DNA of 64,000 bases from Lachnospiraceae bacterium (GTDB lineage Bacteria > Bacillota > Clostridia > Lachnospirales > Lachnospiraceae): assembly GCA_045130455.1 (NCBI GenBank), contig JBGUPV010000155.1, forward strand, positions 22,890-86,889. Reading direction: 5' to 3'. The notes beneath the pieces are model-generated. The model made no database searches. It had not been told where the DNA came from and saw only the letters and a program-made list of their open reading frames with translations. Made by a program: the position numbers and the translations under genes. Below, piece by piece: positions 44,598 to 51,961 of the stretch. How positions within the stretch are numbered: the stretch's first letter is position 1; each line of letters starts with the position of its first letter.

Positions 44598-45758
44598 TCA
44601 CAGCGCCAACTTCAGGATGTCCGTGATCGCCTCCGCCGTGAGCGGAAGGTAGTGTCCGACCGTTCCGTTCCGCGTCGCGCGCTTTGCCATGATCTCAAAG
44701 TCACGGTCGTCGATGCCGAGCTCTGTCAGCGTCGTGCGAAGCGACAGTTTGCGGAAGATCCGCTCCAGTTCGCCGGCGAGAATGTACGCCCTCTCCTTCT
44801 CGCTGTAGAGGAAGGTGTCGGCGCCGAACACTCGCGCGGCGAGCAGTGCCGGCCTCCACGGCTTTCGCTCAGCCATGTATTTCGTCCAGGCCACCAGAAC
44901 GACCGCCATGCCCTCGCCGTGCGTGATGTTGTACTGCGCGGAAAGCTCATGCTCGATCCGGTGCGAGCCCCAGTCGGCTCTGCGGCCGGCGTCAAGGAAA
45001 TTGTTGTGCGCGACACTCGCAAGCCACTGTAGCTCGCCGCGCGCATTGATGTCCGTGGGGTCCGCGATCAGGCGATCCCCGTTGACCAGCAGCGCTCGGA
45101 TCGCGCCCTCGATCAGAAAATCGGTCGTGTCCGAGTGAAGCTCGTCCGAAAAATAACGTTCCAGCAGATGCGCCAGCACATCCGCGACACCGACCGCCGT
45201 CTGGTACGCCGGCAGATTGGCCGTGTACCGCGGGTTCATGATCGCGAATTTCGGTATGATGCGGTCATCCTCGAAACCGAGCTTCCACTCGCCGTTCGAG
45301 AGGATCGCCGCGTTCGAAGTTTCCGATCCGCTGGATGCCGTTGTCGCGATGACACCGATCGGCAGTACGCTCGCGGGCGACACGCCCTTCTCGAAGAAGT
45401 CCCAGACGTCGCCGTCGTAGGGAATGCCGATCGCGATCGCCTTCGCGGTGTCGATGGAACTGCCGCCGCCGACCGCGAGCACGAAATCCACATGATCCCG
45501 TCTTCCCTGCGCAACCAGCTTTCGAACCAGCTCAATGCTCGGATTCGGAACGACCTCTCCGCTCTCGGAAAATGCGATCCCCAGCTCCTTCACCGCGTCG
45601 AGCACGGCGTCATGGATACCGAGCGTCTTGACGAACTCTCCGCTGTACACGAGCAGCAGCGATGTCACTTTGTGCTCCCGGAGAAGGTCTGCGAGCTTCC
45701 GCTCGCTTCCCTCCCCGAACACGATCTTGGCAGGATTGTAATATGTAAAACCTATCAT
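44598..45758 (-). CDS. iron-containing (group III) alcohol dehydrogenase
   Basis: The start is moved to the ATG at 45756-45758 (MIGFTYYNPAKIVFGEG). GGGSSIDTAKAIA nucleotide-binding motif, with the His cluster ADVLAHLLERY...HRIEHELS. Confidence 0.88.
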   Translation of the reverse strand: MIGFTYYNPAKIVFGEGSERKLADLLREHKVTSLLLVYSGEFVKTLGIHDAVLDAVKELGIAFSESGEVVPNPSIELVRKLVAQGRRDHVDFVLAVGGGSSIDTAKAIAIGIPYDGDVWDFFEKGVSPASVLPIGVIATTASSGSETSNAAILSNGEWKLGFEDDRIIPKFAIMNPRYTANLPAYQTAVGVADVLAHLLERYFSDELHSDTTDFLIEGAIRALLVNGDRLIADPTDINARGELQWLASVAHNNFLDAGRRADWGSHRIEHELSAQYNITHGEGMAVVLVAWTKYMAERKPWRPALLAARVFGADTFLYSEKERAYILAGELERIFRKLSLRTTLTELGIDDRDFEIMAKRATRNGTVGHYLPLTAEAITDILKLAL

Positions 45759-45841
45759 ATGATGTCTTCCTTTCCTTGAATGGAGTCCGACGGACAATCC
45801 CACCGGGTTTATTTTCCAAAGGTCTCTTGTTTTCTTGCTTA

Positions 45842-46660
45842 TTACTTCAACGGAACTACCGCACCGTCATATTTTCCTTCGATAAACTTCTTAACGTCCT
45901 CGCTCTGAAGTACCTCGACAAGCACCTTGAGTGCCTCGTTGTCCTTCTTCGAAGGAACCGTTGCGATGATGTTGCCGTAGGTCTGGGCCGCAAGGCCGTC
46001 ATTGGCCTCTACCGCCAGCGCCTGGCTTACATGAAGGCCGCCCTCGATCGCGTAGTTGCCGTTGATGACTGCAACGTCAACGTCCGGAAGCGCTGCCACG
46101 AGCTGCTCGGGAGCAAGCTCCTTGAACTGAAGATTCTTCGGGTTCGACTCGATGTCGCCGATCGTTGCGGTGATGCCTGCGCCTTCCTTCAGCGTGAGAA
46201 GACCTTCCTGTGCCAGCAGAAGAAGTGCTCTGGCCTCGTTCGTTACGTTGTTGGGAACCGCTATCGTTGCACCGTCCGGAAGATCCGCAAGGTTCTTCGT
46301 GCGTCCTGCGTAGATGCCGAAGGGCTCATAGTGGATCGCGCCGATGGAGACGAGGTCGCTCTTATTTTCCTTGTTGAACTGCTCAAGATACGGAACATGC
46401 TGGAAATAGTTTGCGTCAAGGCTGCCCTCGATCACGCCCGTGTTCGGTGTGATGGAGTCCTCGAGCTGTACGATCTCAAGCGTGTAGCCTTTCTCCTTCA
46501 GGATAGGCTTTACATACTCGAGGATCTCTGCGTGGGGAACGATGTTTGCACCGACTTTGATGGTCTTGCTGTCGGATTTCTTCTTGTCGTCCTTGCCGCA
46601 TCCGACGAGCGACAGGGCGAAGATGAGGATAAGTGCTGCGATGATTGATTTCTTTTTCAT
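45842..46660 (-). CDS. metQ: methionine ABC transporter substrate-binding lipoprotein (MetQ/NlpA family)
   Basis: MKKKSIIAALILIFALSLVGCGKD is a lipobox signal peptide. IKVGANIVPHAEILEYVKPILKEKGYTLEIV...DANYFQHVPYLEQFN is typical of NlpA/MetQ. Confidence 0.88.
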   Translation of the reverse strand: MKKKSIIAALILIFALSLVGCGKDDKKKSDSKTIKVGANIVPHAEILEYVKPILKEKGYTLEIVQLEDSITPNTGVIEGSLDANYFQHVPYLEQFNKENKSDLVSIGAIHYEPFGIYAGRTKNLADLPDGATIAVPNNVTNEARALLLLAQEGLLTLKEGAGITATIGDIESNPKNLQFKELAPEQLVAALPDVDVAVINGNYAIEGGLHVSQALAVEANDGLAAQTYGNIIATVPSKKDNEALKVLVEVLQSEDVKKFIEGKYDGAVVPLK

Positions 46661-46798
46661 GATGGTAATCTCCTTATGATTTCTACAGTTTTATTTTCCA
46701 CCGAATACTTTTTGTCTTTGCTCTTACCTTTTTGGATAAACCGTAACCCCGGCATTCCGGATATGACCGGGTCTCGGGTTTATTCGTTTACGCTCCGG

Positions 46799-47452
46799 TC
46801 AGGACTTGCGCCGGATCTTGGAGAGAAGTCCTCCCGCTCCCTGGATCACCATGACCATGATCACGAGAAGGATCACGGTCGTCCAGAGAACGTCTTTCTG
46901 ATAGCGGTAGTAACCGTACTGGAGTGCGATGGCGCCCAGGCCGCCGCCTCCGATCACGCCCGCCATCGCCGAGTAGCCGAGGACCGTGGCTACGTTGATG
47001 GCTGCTCCCTGCAGAAGCGAAGGTGCCGCTTCGGGCAGGATGAAATGTATGATGATGTGCAGAGGCGAAGCTCCCATGGAGGTCGCCGCCTCGATGATCC
47101 CCGGCTGAACCTCACACAGCGAGGCTTCCACCATTCGCGCGACGATCGGGATCGCACCGACCGTGAGCGGCACGATCGCCGCCGTCGTCCCGATGGACGA
47201 GCCGGTCACCCAGCGCGTGAAGGGGATCAACAGTACAAGTAAAATGAGGAACGGCAGCGAACGCATGAGGTTCACCAGAACTCCGATGACCAGGTTGACC
47301 GGCCGGTTCTGCAGCAGTCTTCCTTTCGCGGTGGCGTACAGGATCACGCCGAGCGGAAGTCCCACGATGTATGCGTACAGCGATGCGTATGCCGTCATCC
47401 GAAGCGTCTCCCAGACGCCGTTTTTGATGGCTTCGATGATGTAGTCGCTCAT
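46799..47452 (-). CDS. metI: methionine ABC transporter permease
   Basis: 217 aa with 5 TM helices. The ATG overlaps the metN stop (ATGA at 47449-47452). The EAA-like loop EASLCEVQPGIIEAATSMGASPLHII is present. Confidence 0.88.
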   Translation of the reverse strand: MSDYIIEAIKNGVWETLRMTAYASLYAYIVGLPLGVILYATAKGRLLQNRPVNLVIGVLVNLMRSLPFLILLVLLIPFTRWVTGSSIGTTAAIVPLTVGAIPIVARMVEASLCEVQPGIIEAATSMGASPLHIIIHFILPEAAPSLLQGAAINVATVLGYSAMAGVIGGGGLGAIALQYGYYRYQKDVLWTTVILLVIMVMVIQGAGGLLSKIRRKS

Positions 47453-48498
47453 GCTTCATCCACCTCCGATATCGCAAGTCCTTTCTCGCGGAAGTAGTCG
47501 ATCACGATCTTCCGATCGCTTTCCTCCTTCGGAAGCTCCAGGACCATCTGGCCGTATCCGACGCCGCCCACGCTCTTGGTGTTGGCGCTTAGGATGTTGA
47601 CCTTCTGTCCGGTGGTCGCCACGAGATCCGCGATGAACGGTTCCTTGGCCGACAGCCCGTCAAATGCGATGCGGATCAGCCGGCTGTTCTCGTCCGACGG
47701 ATCGTACGGATTGCTCGGGAATACCAGTTTCTTGGCTGCCTTCGACTTCGGCGCCCGGAAGACTTCCTTCACATCCCCGACCTCGGCAAGATTGCCGTCG
47801 TCGATGATCGCGACTCTGTCGCAGATGCGCTCCACCACGGACATCTCGTGCGTGATGATCACGACCGTAAGCTTCTGTTCCCGGTTGATCTTCTGAAGAA
47901 GTTCCAGGATCTCGCCGGTGATCTTCGGATCCAGCGCGCTCGTCGCCTCGTCGCAGAGCAGAACCTTCGGATTCGCCGCAAGTGCTCTGGCGATCGCCAC
48001 CCGCTGCCGCTGTCCTCCGGACAGTCTCGCGGGGTATTCCTTTTCCTTCTCGGAAAGGCCGACGACCTCAAGCATTTTCCGCGCGATCTCCTTTCGCTCC
48101 TTCCGGCCGACCCCCGCGATGCGGAGCGGCTGCTCCACGTTCTTGATCACGGTTCTCTGCTGCAGGAGGTTGAACCCCTGAAAGATCATCGCGATCGAGC
48201 GGCGCACCTTTCGAAGTTCCCTCGCCTTCAGTTCCGCAAGGTCCCTTCCGAAATACCTGACGCTTCCCTCGCTCACTTCCGTGAGACGGTTCAGCGTGCG
48301 CACCAGGGTCGATTTTCCTGCACCGCTCATTCCGATGATTCCAAAGATCTCTCCCTCCCGGATGGAAAAACTCACGTTCCGGAGTGCCGTAAAATCCTTT
48401 CCTTCATTTCGATACGTCTTCGAAACCCGATCCAGTTCAAACACGGTGACCGGTCCGTCATCCTTTATGAAATTGTCCGTCTCATTCACCGTGCTCAT
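47449..48498 (-). CDS. metN: methionine ABC transporter ATP-binding protein with C-terminal NIL domain
   Basis: Walker A GMSGAGKST, signature LSGGQRQRVAIARAL, Walker B VLLCDEATSALD. I prefer the ATG at 48496-48498 (MSTVNE, GAGAGG upstream) over the TTG at 48516. Confidence 0.9.
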   Translation of the reverse strand: MSTVNETDNFIKDDGPVTVFELDRVSKTYRNEGKDFTALRNVSFSIREGEIFGIIGMSGAGKSTLVRTLNRLTEVSEGSVRYFGRDLAELKARELRKVRRSIAMIFQGFNLLQQRTVIKNVEQPLRIAGVGRKERKEIARKMLEVVGLSEKEKEYPARLSGGQRQRVAIARALAANPKVLLCDEATSALDPKITGEILELLQKINREQKLTVVIITHEMSVVERICDRVAIIDDGNLAEVGDVKEVFRAPKSKAAKKLVFPSNPYDPSDENSRLIRIAFDGLSAKEPFIADLVATTGQKVNILSANTKSVGGVGYGQMVLELPKEESDRKIVIDYFREKGLAISEVDEA

Positions 48499-48512
48499 GC
48501 TGTTCGTGCCTC

Positions 48513-49424
48513 TCAATCATATAATCCTTTGCTGATGTATCGGTCGCCGCGGTCCGGAAAGACGGTGACGATGCTGCCGTGATCGATGCGCTCAGCAAGC
48601 CTCAGGGCTGCCGCGAGCGCCGCTCCCGACGAGGAACCGGCCAGAACGCCTTCCCTGCGCGCCAGCTCCTTCACGGTGGCAAATGCCTCCGCGTCCGTCA
48701 CTTTGATGACCTCGTCGACCAACGACATGTCCATTGTCTTGGCAATGAAATCATTGCCGATGCCCTCGATATCGTAGTCCGCGTGCTCGCCTCCGCCGAT
48801 GGTCGAACCGACCGGATCCGCAAGCACTCCGCGAACGGAAGGCTTCTGCTCTTTCAGATAGCGGACGATCCCACTGAACGTTCCGCCGCTGCCGGCGCCT
48901 GCCACAAAGTAGTCGACATCCCCGTCAAGCTGACGCCAGATCTCCGGGCCCGTGGTCTCGTAGTGTGCCTGCGGGTTTGCCGGATTGTCGAACTGCTTTA
49001 AAGAGATCGCTCCCGGGATCGTTGCGATGATCCGCTCCGCTTCCCTCGACGCCCCGAGCATTCCGTCCTCGCGCGGCGTGTTCACGATCTCCGCTCCGAG
49101 AGCCCGAAGGACTTTCTGCTTCTCCTGGGAAAATTTCTCGGGAACCGTGAAGATGACCCGGTAGCCCTGGTTGAGCGCCGCGATCGCGATGCCGATACCG
49201 GTGTTACCGGCCGTGGCGTCCACGATTGTGCTGCCTTCTTTGAGAAGTCCCCGCCGCTTGGCGTCGTCGATCATATACATGCCGACGCGGTCCTTGACGC
49301 TTCCGGCCGGGTTGGCCAGCTCAAGTTTCGCGTACAGTCTGACATTTTCCTTGGTTTCAAAATTCTGAAGACGCAGGATCGGTGTGTTCCCGATCATACT
49401 GCGGATGTCCATGTAAACATCCAT
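48513..49424 (-). CDS. PLP-dependent cysteine synthase family enzyme (CysK / MccA-type)
   Basis: IGNTPILRL...LELANPAGSVKDR (PLP lysine)...ATAGNTGIGIAIAA...GAGSGGTFSG. I prefer the ATG at 49422-49424, 6 nt after GAGGTGA. Cysteine synthase and O-acetylserine-dependent cystathionine beta-synthase cannot be told apart by eye. Confidence 0.85.
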   Translation of the reverse strand: MDVYMDIRSMIGNTPILRLQNFETKENVRLYAKLELANPAGSVKDRVGMYMIDDAKRRGLLKEGSTIVDATAGNTGIGIAIAALNQGYRVIFTVPEKFSQEKQKVLRALGAEIVNTPREDGMLGASREAERIIATIPGAISLKQFDNPANPQAHYETTGPEIWRQLDGDVDYFVAGAGSGGTFSGIVRYLKEQKPSVRGVLADPVGSTIGGGEHADYDIEGIGNDFIAKTMDMSLVDEVIKVTDAEAFATVKELARREGVLAGSSSGAALAAALRLAERIDHGSIVTVFPDRGDRYISKGLYD

Positions 49425-49455
49425 TGTTATCACCTCGCTGTTCTGAATGTAAATG

Positions 49456-50607
49456 TCATCTGCGGGCGGCTTCGATCGCCTGCCGCAGATCCGCGATCAG
49501 ATCGTCCGCATCCTCGATGCCGACCGAAAAACGAATGAGCTCGTCCACGATGCCGGTCTGACGGCGAATGTCCGCAGGGATGGATGCGTGCGTCATGCTT
49601 GCCGGATGGCACACCAGCGACTCCACGCCGCCCAGGCTCTCCGCAAGTGTTATCAATTTAAGGTTTCGGAAAAAAGCGCGATAGTCGAACTCGTCTCTGA
49701 GGACGAAAGAGATCATTGCGCCCGGCCCGTCCGCCTGCTTCTTCTGCACGGCGTACCCGGGATCCGAGGCAAGCCCCGGAAAATACACTCTCTTCACATA
49801 GCCGCTTTCCTGCAGCCACTCTGCGATGCGCTGCGCGTTGGCAACGTGGCGATCCATTCGGACGCCGAGAGTCTTAATTCCGCGGATGACTAAGAAACTG
49901 TCGAACGGGGAGAGAACTCCGCCGATCGCGTTTTGTAAGAAATACAACCGTTCCGCGATCTCTTTGTCTCGAAGTGCTACGAGACCGGAGATCGTGTCGC
50001 TGTGTCCGCCGAGGTACTTCGTGCCGCTGTGGATGACGATGTCTGCTCCGAGTTCGAGCGGCCGCTGCAGGTACGGCGTGAGGAACGTGTTGTCAACGAT
50101 CAGGAGGACGCCGGCCTTCTTCGCGATCTTCGCGGTCGCTGCTATGTCCGTCACGCTAAGAAGCGGATTGGCCGGTGTTTCGATATAGATGGCTTTCGTG
50201 TTCGGATCGATCGCCGCTTCGATCTTCGCCGTGTCGGTCGTATCGGTGATCTCATACCGAAGCCCGAGCGGCTTGAAGACCTTGTCGAGGATCCGGAACG
50301 TCCCGCCGTAAATGTTGTCGGAAATGATGATCTTGTCTCCCGCCGCGAACAGCGAGAGCACCGTGTGGATCGCGGCGAGGCCTGAGGCAAATGCGAGTCC
50401 GTACTCGCCGCCCTCGAGATCCGCGATCAGCTTCTCGAGAGCCGCCCGCGTCGGATTGCCGGTTCTGGAGTACTCCCAGCCGGTGTTGACTCCGAGCTCG
50501 CTCTGTTTATAGGTTGATGTCTGGTAGATCGGAACGTTTACCGCTCCGGTTGTTTTGTCTCCGTCGATGCCTCCGTGGATCAATAAAGAATTCAATGCAA
50601 GACTCAT
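49456..50607 (-). CDS. Cys/Met-metabolism PLP-dependent enzyme (cystathionine gamma-lyase/synthase or beta-lyase family)
   Basis: The start is moved to the ATG at 50605-50607 (MSLALNSLLIHGG...PIYQTSTY). The PLP-lysine block HSGTKYLGGHSD is present. The track start at 50709 would read through the upstream terminator. Confidence 0.88.
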   Translation of the reverse strand: MSLALNSLLIHGGIDGDKTTGAVNVPIYQTSTYKQSELGVNTGWEYSRTGNPTRAALEKLIADLEGGEYGLAFASGLAAIHTVLSLFAAGDKIIISDNIYGGTFRILDKVFKPLGLRYEITDTTDTAKIEAAIDPNTKAIYIETPANPLLSVTDIAATAKIAKKAGVLLIVDNTFLTPYLQRPLELGADIVIHSGTKYLGGHSDTISGLVALRDKEIAERLYFLQNAIGGVLSPFDSFLVIRGIKTLGVRMDRHVANAQRIAEWLQESGYVKRVYFPGLASDPGYAVQKKQADGPGAMISFVLRDEFDYRAFFRNLKLITLAESLGGVESLVCHPASMTHASIPADIRRQTGIVDELIRFSVGIEDADDLIADLRQAIEAARR

Positions 50608-50671
50608 GTCAGTTAACCTCGATTTCTGTGTATTTTCCGCTCTCCCGCGGCGTATCTGCCGAAAAAAGGCA

Positions 50672-50703
50672 TAAGAAAAGGGAGCCTCTTCAAGGAAGCT
50701 CCC
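50672..50703 (-). terminator. leader attenuator (intrinsic terminator) upstream of the Cys/Met operon
   Basis: Minus strand: GGGAGCUUC-CUUGAA-GAGGCUCCC, a 9-bp stem whose G-U pair forms only on the minus-strand RNA. It is followed by UUUUCUUAU and lies about 65 nt before the first structural gene. Confidence 0.75.
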
Positions 50704-50742
50704 GAGCAAATGGCGTATTCGTATCGTCCGTCGGATGTCCTA

Positions 50743-50880
50743 TCACAGACATCGACAGTCTACACTGTTAAGGCGCATCGAAAAGCAGTCGAACGCCCCG
50801 GCCACGGAAAATGCTCGGGATACCATCTGCATTCGACAGCAACACATCGCGTTGTAGTTGTATGTTGCGGACCGCTTCAT
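50743..50880 (-). CDS. candidate 45-codon regulatory leader peptide rich in Cys/Met codons
   Basis: Too short for the ORF track. AAAGGAGG (rc of 50889-50896) lies 8 nt before the ATG (rc of 50878-50880). Translation: MKRSATYNYNAMCCCRMQMVSRAFSVAGAFDCFSMRLNSVDCRCL, then TGA (rc of 50743-50745). It has 6 Cys and 5 Met in 45 residues, with the cluster M-C-C-C-R-M-Q-M at codons 12-19. Confidence 0.5.
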   Translation of the reverse strand: MKRSATYNYNAMCCCRMQMVSRAFSVAGAFDCFSMRLNSVDCRCL

Positions 50881-50933
50881 CGTCAGCGCCTCCTTTCAAG
50901 GTTTGGATCACGTTCGTTTTGCGTGATGTCGAC

Positions 50934-50962
50934 ATATTATCACCATTAACCTACTATGTCAA
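50934..50962 (-). promoter_or_regulatory. sigma-70-type promoter of the Cys/Met operon leader
   Basis: Minus strand: TTGACA (rc of 50957-50962), a 17-nt spacer, then TAATAT (rc of 50934-50939). Confidence 0.65.
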
Positions 50963-51000
50963 TAGGTATTTTGAAAAATTTATCATTTCTTTTTTGAACG

Positions 51001-51027
51001 TAAAAGGGCGGCCTCAAAGCCGCCCTC
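51001..51027 (-). terminator. intrinsic terminator after the alpha/beta hydrolase gene
   Basis: Minus strand: GGGCGGC-TTTGAG-GCCGCCC followed by TTTTACGTTC, 13 nt after the stop at 51040. Confidence 0.75.
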
Positions 51028-51039
51028 ATTTTACGTGTA

Positions 51040-51876
51040 TTACTCGGTCTCGGAAACCGGCGTGTAGCACCGTCCGGTCCGCTCGATCTGCCGAAGGAAC
51101 CGGTCGGTCTCGCCGCAGAGTTCCTCGATCAGATCCGTGTCGATGTTGTGCCCGCAATTCGAGTACATGACGAGCTTGCAGTGCGGAAGGCATTTGGCGG
51201 TGCGCATCATGAGCTCCGGCGTGCTGATGGGATCGTCCGCCCCGCCGAGGATCAGCGTCGGCGTCTGAATGCTCCGCAGCTTCTCGCAGAGCGTCTCCTC
51301 ATTCTTATACTTCATCAGCGGCCGCCCGTAGTCCACCGCCTTCTCCCGCGGGTCCGCCTCCGGAAGGCTGCGAAGCCACTCCGCGCGGCGTTCTCTCCGA
51401 AGCTCTCTCGCCGCGTCGTTGTCGATGGGCGGATCCATCGGCGGCGGTGCGTCGATGATCCCCTGAAGCATCATTTGCCGATACGACATCGTGCCGGCCG
51501 CGAGGCTGTGCGGTCCGGGGACGACCGCAACAAATGCGTCCACTCTCTCCGGGTGACGCAGCATCAGGTGCCACCCGAGTCCCGCCCCGTGCGACGCTCC
51601 GATGTAGCTAAACCGCGCAATGCCGAGCGCGTCCGCGACGCGAACAACGTCGTCCGCGAAGATATCGTACCACGCCTCGCCGTAATCCTCCGTAACGTAC
51701 GACGACGGCGCGAAACCGCGGAGCGTGATGCAATACACATGGTACCCCATCTCCGCCAGTGCCTGCTGCATTCCCTTCGGCGCGAAACCGACCTGCGCCG
51801 ATAGAAGGTACCTCTCACCGCTTCCGTACTCGGCGTAGCTAAGCTCGATCCCTTCCTCCACCTTGATCCTTCCCAT
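51040..51876 (-). CDS. alpha/beta-fold hydrolase
   Basis: The start is moved to the ATG at 51874-51876 (MGRIKVEEGIELSYAEYGSG), which has GAGAGGAAA upstream. Nucleophile elbow GASHGAG. The C-terminal His region is MYSNCGHNI. Confidence 0.82.
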   Translation of the reverse strand: MGRIKVEEGIELSYAEYGSGERYLLSAQVGFAPKGMQQALAEMGYHVYCITLRGFAPSSYVTEDYGEAWYDIFADDVVRVADALGIARFSYIGASHGAGLGWHLMLRHPERVDAFVAVVPGPHSLAAGTMSYRQMMLQGIIDAPPPMDPPIDNDAARELRRERRAEWLRSLPEADPREKAVDYGRPLMKYKNEETLCEKLRSIQTPTLILGGADDPISTPELMMRTAKCLPHCKLVMYSNCGHNIDTDLIEELCGETDRFLRQIERTGRCYTPVSETE

Positions 51877-51902
51877 ATCATTTTCCTCTCTTTCCTTACG
51901 CT

Positions 51903-51940
51903 CATAAAACAACAATGCCCCGCCCCCGGAAGGGCGGAGC
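51903..51940 (-). terminator. possible terminator after the SHOCT-protein gene
   Basis: Minus strand: CCGCCC-TTCCGG-GGGCGG, then GGCATTGTTGTTTTATG. The stem is short and the U-tract is displaced. Confidence 0.35.
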
Positions 51941-51961
51941 ATCGTGAGTAACACTGTCCGT

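Noticed and set aside
50812-50830. T-box-like sequence AGAUGGUAUCCCGAG in the same leader.
   Set aside because: It matches UGGUACCGCG at only about 8 of 10 positions. The upstream RNA of about 95 nt is too short for Stem I and Stem III. The partner strand for an antiterminator lies about 105 nt away rather than adjacent.
50810-50915. S-box (SAM-I) riboswitch in the Cys/Met operon leader.
   Set aside because: Blocks resembling the SAM-I core occur in the right order (GGAGG..CUG..GAUGAAGC..GCAAC..GUUGC..GCAGAUGG). However, I could not build a P1 helix. The AUCAAGAG junction is missing, and the 5' segment instead forms its own hairpin (AUCACG/CGUGAU). I kept this only as an alternative to test with a covariance model.
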